Assembly (NCBI GenBank): GCA_037131955.1
Contig: JBAXQC010000002.1
Location: 16,689 to 80,688, forward strand
Direction: 5' to 3'
DNA from: Bacteroidota bacterium
GTDB lineage: Bacteria > Bacteroidota > Bacteroidia > UBA4408
Length of the DNA stretch: 64,000 nucleotides
Shown here: in pieces, positions 42,571 through 52,101 of the stretch
Layout of the letters: every line of letters starts with the position of its first letter
Position numbering within the stretch: position 1 is the stretch's first letter
The notes under the pieces: model-generated
Seen by the model: the letters and a program-made list of their open reading frames with translations, nothing else
Database searches by the model: none
Told to the model about the DNA's origin: nothing
Translations under genes and position numbers: made by a program

Positions 42571-43910
42571 AGTGCGTAATTATTTTTTAATGAATTAAAA
42601 ATTAAATTAGATACTTTTTTGGAGCCTCTAAAATTAAGATGTGTGTAATCTTTGTTGGCAAGCGGATTGATGCTATCTGCCCATAAAACCATAGAGTTAT
42701 ACCCTCCCATAGATTGATATAAATTAAAGAAGGCCATGTTTTTTTCTTTTGCTAAATACTCTTGCATTTCTACCAAACTTTCTAATGAAGGTATGGTTTC
42801 GTAAATGCCTTCTTGGTTCACATAACTTTTATCGCTTACGCTTACAATTAAAAAGCTTGCATCTGGGAAAGCTCTTTTAAAATAGGATAACATTTTTTGC
42901 ATTCCTATTTTGTACCAATTGTAATCTTGGCTTTTTTCTGAAATAACATTTAAGCCGTAATGGATGATAATTAAATCGTATTTAATTTTTTCTTGACATG
43001 CTTTTAATAAATCTAAAGGAATTTTTGTGAGAGGCAATCCTGAATTTCCTCTAAAAGCAAAATTGTCTAAAATAAATCCTGAGTCACTCTCAAAGCTGCA
43101 GCCATAAATAGGAAATTTTTCACTGGCAGAGATTTCCATTTTTATTTTTTTGAAATCAAATTTATTTCCAAGCGTAAACTCATTAAATATATCTGTACCC
43201 GTTAAATTGGTTGTGCTGTCTCTTTTATTAAAATTCAATTTCAAGCTAAAATCTTTGTTCGTTTTTCCATAGAATAATCGAAAGTTTTTTAATGAATTTA
43301 GTTTTTCTTTATACACTGCTGTATATTCTGCGTAAGCAGTTTGGCTTGTATTTGCTATATAAGTATAACCCGAAATTCCTGGTGGAAATTCTGTGTTTCT
43401 TTTGTAATCCACCAAATTTGTATTGCTCCAATTTTCAGAAAATTTGTGGATTATGGTTTGCCTAAATCCTGCAGTAATACTGGTTATTGGAACAAATCCA
43501 ACACCCGAGCCACCCAACCAATCCTGAAAACTTCTTCGCAAATCTTGTGTAACTAAATCACCTTCTATCATTGAATCTCCAAAGTAAGCAACTCTTATTT
43601 TCTTTTGCTTATTTTTTATTTTTTCAAAGAATAACTCAATGTTTTTTATTGAATCTGTACCAAAATCTTTCAGGAAAATGGTATCGTTTAATACAATTTT
43701 CTTAAGTGTATCAATGGTACTAACTTTTATAGGTAACGCAACTTTATTTTTTTTAGAACGTGTTTTTGTTTTTTTTTCTTCCATAAAAATGGAGTACAAG
43801 TAACTAGACTTCTTTAAGTTTTTTATACGATAGAATCTTATAAAAAATTCAGATGCAAGAATAAAAACAAACAAAAGTGTAACTAAAAGTAAGGGCTTAT
43901 AGCGGTTCAA
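42555..43910 (-). CDS. SGNH/GDSL-like hydrolase family protein (second MBOAT partner)
   Basis: N-terminal TM anchor and block I VAYFGDSMIEG. Confidence 0.55.
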   Translation of the reverse strand: MNRYKPLLLVTLLFVFILASEFFIRFYRIKNLKKSSYLYSIFMEEKKTKTRSKKNKVALPIKVSTIDTLKKIVLNDTIFLKDFGTDSIKNIELFFEKIKNKQKKIRVAYFGDSMIEGDLVTQDLRRSFQDWLGGSGVGFVPITSITAGFRQTIIHKFSENWSNTNLVDYKRNTEFPPGISGYTYIANTSQTAYAEYTAVYKEKLNSLKNFRLFYGKTNKDFSLKLNFNKRDSTTNLTGTDIFNEFTLGNKFDFKKIKMEISASEKFPIYGCSFESDSGFILDNFAFRGNSGLPLTKIPLDLLKACQEKIKYDLIIIHYGLNVISEKSQDYNWYKIGMQKMLSYFKRAFPDASFLIVSVSDKSYVNQEGIYETIPSLESLVEMQEYLAKEKNMAFFNLYQSMGGYNSMVLWADSINPLANKDYTHLNFRGSKKVSNLIFNSLKNNYALWQKK

Positions 43911-43978
43911 GAAAAACTAGAAAATAGAAGAATTTGAATAATTTATATTAGAAAATAATTAAGAGTAATTAAAAATAT

Positions 43979-45166
43979 TTAATGTTGAACGATGAATTTT
44001 AAACCTTTATTTTTTCCATCGTTAATAAAATATATTCCATTTTCAATAGTTGAAATATCTAAAATTCTTTGACCATTATTTACCTCTAAAATTAAGATTA
44101 TTTTTCCTGTTAAATCACTCAAATAAATTTGTTTGAGTTTAGTTTTTATCGTTAAAAAGTTTGAGGCTGGATTTGGAAATAAGTTAATTTTGCTTTCTTC
44201 TACACCAATAGTCTCAATGGATGAAGCCCTGTAGTTTACAACATTTACTGAGATCATTTGAGAAGTTGGATTTAATTGGAAATAGGAGGTATCGCAATAG
44301 GAAGAAGTGCAATTTTCACTGTCCGTAATTGTAACACAAATTTGATATTGACCAGCCTGTTGATAGATGTGTGAAGGATTGTTTGTTGTGTCTGAAGTTC
44401 CGTCGCCCCAGCTCCATACATAGCTGAATGGTGGCATTCCTGAATTTTGACTTACTGCTAAAAAATTTTGATTTGCAGGATCTTCGTTGTACAGATAAAA
44501 AAAGGCATTGCAAGGATATGAGCAACTTTGTATACCAGCTGGATAAAGAACAGTAGAATTTTGACTAAAACATCTCAACTGTGGACTTGGTGGACAAACA
44601 ATACCACCCATACTTGGTTCTAACAAACCAAATGTGGATCCAATTCCCTCAATATAATAAATTTGATAAGTTTGATTGGTTAACCACCTTTTTCTGTAAC
44701 TATTTCCAATTAAAACTGAATCAATAGATAACACTACATCTGGTTGAAAAAAATCTCCATTTGAAAGAAAACTTTTAACTGTGTCGCCAATTTCCAATGT
44801 AAAATCGTATAATAACGTGTCTCTATTATTGTATCTATAATATACTTTTTTTTGCAATGTATCTTGCCTTATTAATCCTGCAAAATAACCTGGCACGCTA
44901 TAGGTTTCAAATCCACCGCACATATATGCTCTATGTATAACTTGAGGAACAACTATCCTACTGTAAACAGTATCATTAATAATTTCTTCTCCTTGCATTT
45001 GAAAAGAATGGTTTGCAGTATTGTAACCAAAAGACATTGGTCCGCAACCTGTGGGTCTAATTACGTTCCAAACTGCCCCAGAATCAGGGAATGGATGATA
45101 GATTGAAGTTTGAGAAAAACAAAAAACAGCATTAAATATTAGTAGAGCAAGAAAATATTTTTTCAT
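43979..45166 (-). CDS. PKD-domain protein with a T9SS C-terminal sorting domain
   Basis: Signal peptide. PKD signature FSYVWSWGDGTSDTTNNPSHIYQQAGQYQICVTITD. C-terminal T9SS CTD (INLFPNPASNFLTIK...GIYFI). Confidence 0.7.
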   Translation of the reverse strand: MKKYFLALLIFNAVFCFSQTSIYHPFPDSGAVWNVIRPTGCGPMSFGYNTANHSFQMQGEEIINDTVYSRIVVPQVIHRAYMCGGFETYSVPGYFAGLIRQDTLQKKVYYRYNNRDTLLYDFTLEIGDTVKSFLSNGDFFQPDVVLSIDSVLIGNSYRKRWLTNQTYQIYYIEGIGSTFGLLEPSMGGIVCPPSPQLRCFSQNSTVLYPAGIQSCSYPCNAFFYLYNEDPANQNFLAVSQNSGMPPFSYVWSWGDGTSDTTNNPSHIYQQAGQYQICVTITDSENCTSSYCDTSYFQLNPTSQMISVNVVNYRASSIETIGVEESKINLFPNPASNFLTIKTKLKQIYLSDLTGKIILILEVNNGQRILDISTIENGIYFINDGKNKGLKFIVQH

Positions 45167-45216
45167 AGTTTGTAGTTTTTATTAGATATGTAAATATACT
45201 AATTCTTTCAATTTTT

Positions 45217-45963
45217 TTAGTATACGTGCTGACCTCCGTTTATGCTCATGTTTGCACCAGTTATAAAACTTGTTTGTTCGCTGGCCAAAAAGCTTACTAG
45301 ATGTGCAACTTCGTGTGTGCCGCCTAATCTTCCGACTGGTATTTGAGCCACAATTTGTTCTCTTACTTTTTCTGGAACTGCCATTACCATATCTGTTCCT
45401 ATGTATCCAGGAGAAACTGTATTTACTGTAATTCCATACTTTGCAACTTCCATGGCCAAAGTTTTTGTAAAGCCATGCATACCAGCTTTTGCAGCTGAAT
45501 AATTGGCTTGTCCAAATTGTCCTCTTTGTCCATTTACTGAAGAAATATTTATTATTCTCCCAAAATTTCTTTCAATCATTCCATTTATAACATGCCTTGT
45601 GCAATTAAAAACAGAGTTTAAATTTGAGTTGATTACTGCATGCCAATCTTCAGCCGACATTTTTGCAAATCGGCCGTCTCTGGTAATTCCTGCATTGTTT
45701 ACGAGGGTATCTATTTTTCCTATTTCATTTTCAATTTTTTGCACCATTTCGCCAACTGAATCAAAATTGGTTACATCGGCATAATAAATATCAACATCTA
45801 TACCATGCGATTTTAATTCTTCATGCCAAGCTTTTGCTTTTTTTTCATCGCGATAATTTCCGATTACGTGAAACCCGTCTGCAAATAATTTCTTACACAT
45901 TGCAGTTCCAAGCCCACCTGTGGCACCTGTTACCAATACTACTCTTTTGTTATTTTTATCCAT
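45217..45963 (-). CDS. phaB: acetoacetyl-CoA reductase / 3-oxoacyl reductase (SDR family)
   Basis: TGATGGLG Rossmann motif, catalytic YSAAK and an NAG motif. Confidence 0.8.
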   Translation of the reverse strand: MDKNNKRVVLVTGATGGLGTAMCKKLFADGFHVIGNYRDEKKAKAWHEELKSHGIDVDIYYADVTNFDSVGEMVQKIENEIGKIDTLVNNAGITRDGRFAKMSAEDWHAVINSNLNSVFNCTRHVINGMIERNFGRIINISSVNGQRGQFGQANYSAAKAGMHGFTKTLAMEVAKYGITVNTVSPGYIGTDMVMAVPEKVREQIVAQIPVGRLGGTHEVAHLVSFLASEQTSFITGANMSINGGQHVY

Positions 45964-46030
45964 GGCAAATATTTTCTATAAAGTTAAAAGAGAAAATGGA
46001 TAAACAAAAATAATGAAGATTAAAACATTG

Positions 46031-46480
46031 TTATTTAATCACATTTACGTTCATCACGCTTGCTTCGCCAACAGTTGTTGCCTTTTGAGTTTCGGGATCA
46101 ATAATTTTAGTTTCAATTACTGCACGATTCTTTTCTAAATTTATTTCCTTTACGGTAAGGACCGCCTGATAAGTTTTTCCTGCATACATGGGTTTTAAGA
46201 ACTGAATATTTTGCCCCAAATAAATAGTTCCTTCGCCAGGAAATAACGTTCCAAGAATCTTCGAAAACAAAGCAGCTCCAAGCATTCCATGCATAATTGG
46301 CACTTTAAACATGGTAGTTGATGCATATTCTGCATTTATGTGCACCGGGTTGTTATCTCCAGTAACTCTTGCAAAATCTTCTACATCCTTTTGGCTGTAA
46401 AAAAAATCGTGTGTAAAGGTGTCGTTTAGTTTCATAGCTTTTTGATATATGGTGTCAAATGTACATTTTTGTAAAAACAA
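46031..46480 (-). CDS. phaJ: MaoC-like (R)-specific enoyl-CoA hydratase
   Basis: 149 aa hot-dog fold with a hydratase-2 motif (VTGDNNPVHIN). Confidence 0.8.
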   Translation of the reverse strand: MFLQKCTFDTIYQKAMKLNDTFTHDFFYSQKDVEDFARVTGDNNPVHINAEYASTTMFKVPIMHGMLGAALFSKILGTLFPGEGTIYLGQNIQFLKPMYAGKTYQAVLTVKEINLEKNRAVIETKIIDPETQKATTVGEASVMNVNVIK

Positions 46481-46498
46481 ATTATTACAATCAGTTCA

Positions 46499-48844
46499 AT
46501 GAATAAAAAAATAATTTTTGGAATTACTTGTTGCTTGGCATTGGTAACATTTACAAAAAAGACTAAGGCACAAATAATTAGAGGAATTGCATCTCCAATT
46601 ACCCTACAAATGGGAGCAACGGAAGTGTTGTTAAGCGATTATGTTGTGGATGTTTCAATTATTGATTCAGTAACTGTGCATCCTTCTATGAAAAAAAATT
46701 ATGTGGCTAAAACCAGTAAAGTTGTAATCCTCCCAAACCCAACAAAAGTGCCAGTTCTTAGCGTAATGAGAGTTTGGAGCAAAGGAAAGAGCGAAGAAAT
46801 TCTGGTTCAAAAATCAAGAAAAGAAATAAAAGTTATTGCTTTTGATGCAAAAGGTAAAGAGTATAAAAAAGTTTCCATTGCCGGTGATTTTAATTCTTGG
46901 AGTGCAGACAAAACCCCTTTAAATTTTAACAATGGAAAATGGATAGGAATTTTAAACTTAAATCCTGGCAGTTACTCATACCAAATGGTTTTAGATGGCA
47001 AGTGGAGCATAGATAGAAACAACAAAGATTCTGTTTCTAATGGATCTGGTGCATATAATTCTTTATTGAAAATTGGAAAACCATTTGAAATTTATCCAAG
47101 CATTATGACTGATAAATTAGTAGGAAATACTGTTTATATTAAACCTGTAAACAGAATGCCTTCTGATACTATTATTGCGTTCCTAAACAATCAAACGTTA
47201 GAAAGCGGAGCTGTAAAAAAAGATTCTTTGGGCTTTTCTATTCAGGTAAATTCAACTGCCAAAGGAGTAAATTGGCTGCGAATTTTTAGTTACAACAGAA
47301 TAGGAGCAAGTAACGATTTATTGATTCCTGTTGTAGATGGAAAAGTAGATACAAGCTATGTTAGAAAAAGCAAATACAACATGGCAATGTATTTTGCTTT
47401 AGTTGATAGATTTAATAATGGTAACAAAGAAAACGACAAGCCTTTAAAAGACAAAGACATTGATGTAAGAGCAAATTACCAAGGTGGAGATTTGGCTGGT
47501 ATCACAAAAAAAATAAAGGATGGTTATTTTAAAGATTTAGGAATAAATACAATTTGGATTTCTCCTATAGTTCAAAATCCCGAAATTGGCTATGTAGAAT
47601 ATCCTGAGCCAAAAAGAAAATACAGCGGATACCATGGATATTGGCCTATTTCTTCTAGTAAAATAGATAACCGTTTTGGCACTGACGCAGAATTGAAAGA
47701 ATTGGTGGCTGAAGCTCATAAAAATGGAATTAAAATACTTTTAGACTTTGTGGCAAATCACGTTCACGAAGAACATCCATTGTATAAAAACCACAAAGAT
47801 TGGACAACACCAATTGATTTGCCTGACGGTAAAAAAAATATAAGAATTTGGGACGACCAAAGACTTACTACTTGGTTCGATACATTTTTGCCCGACTTAG
47901 ATTACAGCAAACCCCAAGTAATTAATGCCATGACAGACTCAGCCGTTTGGTGGATAAAAAATTACCAGCTCGACGGTTTTAGGCATGACGCTACCAAACA
48001 TGTTTCCGAAGATTTTTGGCGAGCTCTTACCCTTAAATTAAAAACTACTTTCCCTGACAAAGATATTTTTCAGATTGGCGAAACCTTTGGAAGTAGAGAG
48101 TTAATTGGCACCTATGTAAACAGTGGTGAACAAGATTCTCAGTTTGATTTTAATACCTATTTTGATGCAAGAGAAATATTTGCTACTAGCAATAGCGATT
48201 TTACCAAACTAAAAAATTCAGTTTACGAAACCTTTAATTATTATGGTTGCCACCATTTAATGGGAAACATTACAGGAAACCACGACATTGCAAGATTTAT
48301 AAGTTATGCGGGCGAAGGAATGACGTTTAACGAAGACGACAGAAAGGTGGCATGGAGCAGAGAAGTTCAAGTAAAAAATCCTAACGGTTATAAAAAACTG
48401 TTACAATTACAGGCATTTAATTTAACCATTCCTGGAGTACCTGTAATTTATTATGGCGATGAATTTGGAATGCCGGGAGCAGGCGACCCAGACAACAGAA
48501 GAATGATGAAGTTTGAAGGATTTAATGAAAATGAAAAACAAACTTTTGAAGCTACAAAAAAACTGGTTAAACTGAGAGAATCAAGCAATGCCTTGTTATT
48601 AGGTGATACCTACTTTTTAAAGGCTACCGTTGGAGAATTTGCTTACATGAGACATTTCTTTGACGATACAAAAGTTATTGTTTTTAATTCTACCAACAAT
48701 TCAAAAACTATTGAAGTGCCATTGCCATTCTCTTTTAAGTTTTCTAAGGTAGTGGACGGTTCAAAGCTAAAAGCAATAAATCAAAACGGTTTATTAAAAA
48801 TAGAAATTCCAGCAAATGGATTTGAGATTATTACTTTAAAATAA
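46499..48844 (+). CDS. alpha-amylase family (GH13) glycoside hydrolase with N-terminal Ig/CBM-like domains
   Basis: Signal peptide. GH13 regions I-IV: DFVANHV, GFRHDATKH, EHFG-like and FLGNHD-like (TGNHDIARF). Confidence 0.85.
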   Translation: MNKKIIFGITCCLALVTFTKKTKAQIIRGIASPITLQMGATEVLLSDYVVDVSIIDSVTVHPSMKKNYVAKTSKVVILPNPTKVPVLSVMRVWSKGKSEEILVQKSRKEIKVIAFDAKGKEYKKVSIAGDFNSWSADKTPLNFNNGKWIGILNLNPGSYSYQMVLDGKWSIDRNNKDSVSNGSGAYNSLLKIGKPFEIYPSIMTDKLVGNTVYIKPVNRMPSDTIIAFLNNQTLESGAVKKDSLGFSIQVNSTAKGVNWLRIFSYNRIGASNDLLIPVVDGKVDTSYVRKSKYNMAMYFALVDRFNNGNKENDKPLKDKDIDVRANYQGGDLAGITKKIKDGYFKDLGINTIWISPIVQNPEIGYVEYPEPKRKYSGYHGYWPISSSKIDNRFGTDAELKELVAEAHKNGIKILLDFVANHVHEEHPLYKNHKDWTTPIDLPDGKKNIRIWDDQRLTTWFDTFLPDLDYSKPQVINAMTDSAVWWIKNYQLDGFRHDATKHVSEDFWRALTLKLKTTFPDKDIFQIGETFGSRELIGTYVNSGEQDSQFDFNTYFDAREIFATSNSDFTKLKNSVYETFNYYGCHHLMGNITGNHDIARFISYAGEGMTFNEDDRKVAWSREVQVKNPNGYKKLLQLQAFNLTIPGVPVIYYGDEFGMPGAGDPDNRRMMKFEGFNENEKQTFEATKKLVKLRESSNALLLGDTYFLKATVGEFAYMRHFFDDTKVIVFNSTNNSKTIEVPLPFSFKFSKVVDGSKLKAINQNGLLKIEIPANGFEIITLK

Positions 48845-49856
48845 ACCGGGAATTTACCTTTTTACCCAAGTAGTGATTGAATATGTTTTTAAGGGTAATT
48901 CCATTAAGTGGAAATTCCATAATAACGTGTAGAATACTCAAAAATAATAATGAGGTAAATCCTAACGTATAATTTATAAAATACAAAGAAAGAGCACTTA
49001 TCCAAATTGCTAGTATTGGAATTAGTTTTTTTGATTCTAATTTATGCCAACCAATAATTTCTACTTTAGAAAACCAGTTTAAATAATGGTACGTATAGGC
49101 AAATGCAATAAAGCGTTGCAATTTAATGGACCATGAATTAGTATAAGAAAAATCCTGACCACCAGAAAATAACTTATTGAAAGTAGTGTGAGTGAAATTA
49201 AAATTGCTTGCATTAAAAAGAGTGATTGTACCATTATTTAATTCAAAAATTGGTTCAAAAGTTGGTATTAAAAATAGCAATGCAACAAAAGACAAATAGA
49301 GATATAAACTGATTTTTGCATACAAGCTATTGCTCTTTAGTGCGCCAAGCCATATAAAAAGTAGAGTAAAAGAAAATACATGTATTAAAGTTGTGACCAT
49401 TACAGCAAAAAATAACTTTACTTCTCCCAAGCTTGATATTACTGATGCAATTAAAAGGCAGAAAATAATTTTTTTGAGCAAATCAAATTTAGTATAAAAC
49501 TCTTTTCGTAATAATGCAAATACTAAACTAAATAGGATGATAAACGAAAGTCCGTAATAATAATTCTTTGCAAAAAAACTCAACAGTGCGGGATTTAAAA
49601 ATTGAATGTAATTCCATAAGGTACCAATTATTGATGTAAGAAAAATCAAGATAGAAGCAGCAATAAGAATTGACTTTTCAATTTTTTTTACGGTAAAAAA
49701 ATTTCGCTCTTTTAACCAATACAATTCCGTTAAGTAGTGCAATGGCCCTAAAACTATGTAAGAGAATAAAAATAGTTCAAATGGAAAAATAAACGACGCA
49801 AGTGCAGAAATAATTATTAAAAATATATTTAGTTTTTCAATTTTTAGTGTTTCCAA
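48831..49856 (-). CDS. hypothetical polytopic membrane protein
   Basis: 341 aa with 8-9 TM helices. It is the last gene of the riboswitch-led - strand cluster. Confidence 0.45.
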   Translation of the reverse strand: METLKIEKLNIFLIIISALASFIFPFELFLFSYIVLGPLHYLTELYWLKERNFFTVKKIEKSILIAASILIFLTSIIGTLWNYIQFLNPALLSFFAKNYYYGLSFIILFSLVFALLRKEFYTKFDLLKKIIFCLLIASVISSLGEVKLFFAVMVTTLIHVFSFTLLFIWLGALKSNSLYAKISLYLYLSFVALLFLIPTFEPIFELNNGTITLFNASNFNFTHTTFNKLFSGGQDFSYTNSWSIKLQRFIAFAYTYHYLNWFSKVEIIGWHKLESKKLIPILAIWISALSLYFINYTLGFTSLLFLSILHVIMEFPLNGITLKNIFNHYLGKKVNSRFILK

Positions 49857-49867
49857 TCAATAAGTAT

Positions 49868-50119
49868 TTAAAGAGCTATATCATTAAAAGTGGTATAGAA
49901 ATCTTTACTCATTTTTTCAAAGGTAGCCCTAACATCTTCTATCATTTTATCTTTCACCATCAATTCCAATTGTTCGTCAGAAGAAACCATAAAATCTAAT
50001 TCGCTTAGTTTATAGTTTTGCTCAAAATTTCCTTTTTCAAATTTTACAATGAATTTTTGATTCATATAAAATATAGAAACTTTAATTTCATCTACAGAAA
50101 ATTCTCTAATTACTCTCAT
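49868..50119 (-). CDS. hypothetical small protein
   Basis: 83 aa; overlaps the upstream gene's stop by 1 nt. Confidence 0.35.
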   Translation of the reverse strand: MRVIREFSVDEIKVSIFYMNQKFIVKFEKGNFEQNYKLSELDFMVSSDEQLELMVKDKMIEDVRATFEKMSKDFYTTFNDIAL

Positions 50120-51147
50120 TTACTTAAATAAAAATTCCGATGGAATTATTCCAACAGGATAAGTTTTTAAAAGTACTGCTTTTGCAGTGTATTTAAAAAC
50201 CTGGCCCTTGCGCTGGTAATCTTTAGCATCGCTAATCCAAATATTGCTGTTACTTGGTTCTATTCCTAAACCATTAAACAATTGATTTTGTGAGGCAGAA
50301 ACTAAAGGTTCACTGGGCAGTGTAAGTGTGTTAATGGACATTGAATAAACATTTTTATGTATGAACCACAAACTGTCTTTTGCTAAATTGGTGCATAAAC
50401 TTTTTGGTTCTGCCGCAAGACTAAAACTTAATTCTAACTCTTTGTTTAAATTCTCTGGATTGTACCTGTACAGTTTTCCTTGCTTTGATTCTAAATTATT
50501 TCCTTTAGATAAAATCCACAATTTTTTGTTTTTATCAAGCACCATCGAATTGGCAAATGTTCCAACTTCAATGCTATCGGTAATGCTTAAACTATTAATG
50601 TTTAAAACATATAATTTTGAAGAATAAACATTGCTAACAAAAATTTTATCATCAACCTTTAGCATTTTTTCTGACCATCCATTAAATTCAATTTCTTGCA
50701 GAATGGATAAGTTTTTTAAATCTATTTTGTACAGTTTGTTGGCATACAATTCACTTACCAATCCTACGTTTTCATCTAATGGCAAAACATACCTTGGTGA
50801 AAAAAATCCGGTTATTGTTTTTACAGATTTAAATGTTGAAGTATCTACTACTTCTATATTATTGGAGTTATTTACTACTATAAAATACTTGTCGTTTACC
50901 AAAGTTATACTTTGCACAACATCACCTAAGCCTCTGTTGTTCACATATCTAAAATTGTCTTCAACTATCGTTTCATCTTTTAGTGAAACCATAGAAACAG
51001 ATCCATTACCCCATCCAAAATTCCCCTCGCAAACTACAAATACTTTTTGTGGAGCAATTATCGCATGTTTAATTTGGGGCAATGGAATTCTATCCCTTTT
51101 GCATCCACTAAAAATAGCTATAACAGAAAGAAGTTTAATTAAATTTT
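50120..51147 (-). CDS. YncE-like beta-propeller lipoprotein (BtuG-like candidate B12-binding surface protein)
   Basis: YVTN-type propeller repeats. The ORF track starts at TTG 51082, but the same frame stays open upstream and encodes a lipoprotein signal (KKLKNLIKLLSVIAIFSGC) with no canonical ATG. The 5' end is therefore uncertain. Confidence 0.5.
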
Positions 51148-52098
51148 TCAGTTTTTTATAAATTTTTGATTGATATTACTGTTTGTTGTGTTTACAAAAT
51201 ATATTCCTCTAGATAAATCGCTTAAATCAACACAGTTGTTTAAACTGTTGCAAGTAAAAGTTTTTACAACTGCTCCTAGTGAATTAAAAATATTTATAAC
51301 TTCATTGTTAGAATTGGTTTTATTAATGATAATGTAATTGTTACAAGGATTTGGAAAAATTTTTAAGGTATTTTTTTGTGAACTTGCAATAGAAAGTGGG
51401 AAGGATGAAACAATGTTGTCTAAACAAAAAAATGCTGGCGTATTCATGCCAAAAGCTCCATTGTCGCTTGAACGTAGTGTTAATAAAATGCTATCTGCGT
51501 TAGAAATATTAGGAGAAAAATTTCTCCAATTGTTTACAATATAATCTTGCGAATTGTCTGAAAATCTATAATCTGCTAAATAAAATTCAGCGGTGTCGTT
51601 GGTAAGTTCGCCATTAACGTAAGGCCTGAACGTTAGCGTAAAAAAATCGGGAACATTTCCGCTGTCTCCACCAAAAGCAGTTGCAAAAAGATCACCGTTT
51701 TTCATGCTGTTTGCAGCATAAGTTGTGGTAGTGATGTCTAGACTAATTAAATTTATTTTATCGCCTGAATATTGTGGTTTTAAAATAGTATTGTTTTGAG
51801 ATACTATATAAGTGTTGGAGTTACTTCCTCTTCCTGGTTTTGCCGAATATAGGTTTGTATAAGTTCCGTTTATTGTATCTCTCATGCTGCTGTAGGCAAA
51901 TCCCGCAGCCCAATATCCACCAAACGAGGTATCGTATTTTGTAGTAAAATGCAAACCACCGTTTTCAAAACCGTTACCTCCGGTGCTAGCGTTCCAAAAG
52001 CTATCAAGGGGTAACGAAAGATGTTCGAATGTTGCAGTTTCTTGAGCTGAAACAAATTTGAATGTGATGATTGCAAAAAGTGTAATTATTTTTTTCAT
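51148..52098 (-). CDS. DUF4465-like protein with a T9SS C-terminal sorting domain
   Basis: Signal peptide (FKFVSAQ). C-terminal CTD (LKIFPNPCNNYIIINK...GIYFVN). It lies immediately downstream of the btuB-like gene. Confidence 0.55.
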   Translation of the reverse strand: MKKIITLFAIITFKFVSAQETATFEHLSLPLDSFWNASTGGNGFENGGLHFTTKYDTSFGGYWAAGFAYSSMRDTINGTYTNLYSAKPGRGSNSNTYIVSQNNTILKPQYSGDKINLISLDITTTTYAANSMKNGDLFATAFGGDSGNVPDFFTLTFRPYVNGELTNDTAEFYLADYRFSDNSQDYIVNNWRNFSPNISNADSILLTLRSSDNGAFGMNTPAFFCLDNIVSSFPLSIASSQKNTLKIFPNPCNNYIIINKTNSNNEVINIFNSLGAVVKTFTCNSLNNCVDLSDLSRGIYFVNTTNSNINQKFIKN

Positions 52099-52101
52099 GT
52101 T

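Noticed and set aside
50361-51161. + strand ORFs 50361-50627 and 50631-51161
   Set aside because: Both lie antisense to the beta-propeller lipoprotein gene and have no motifs.
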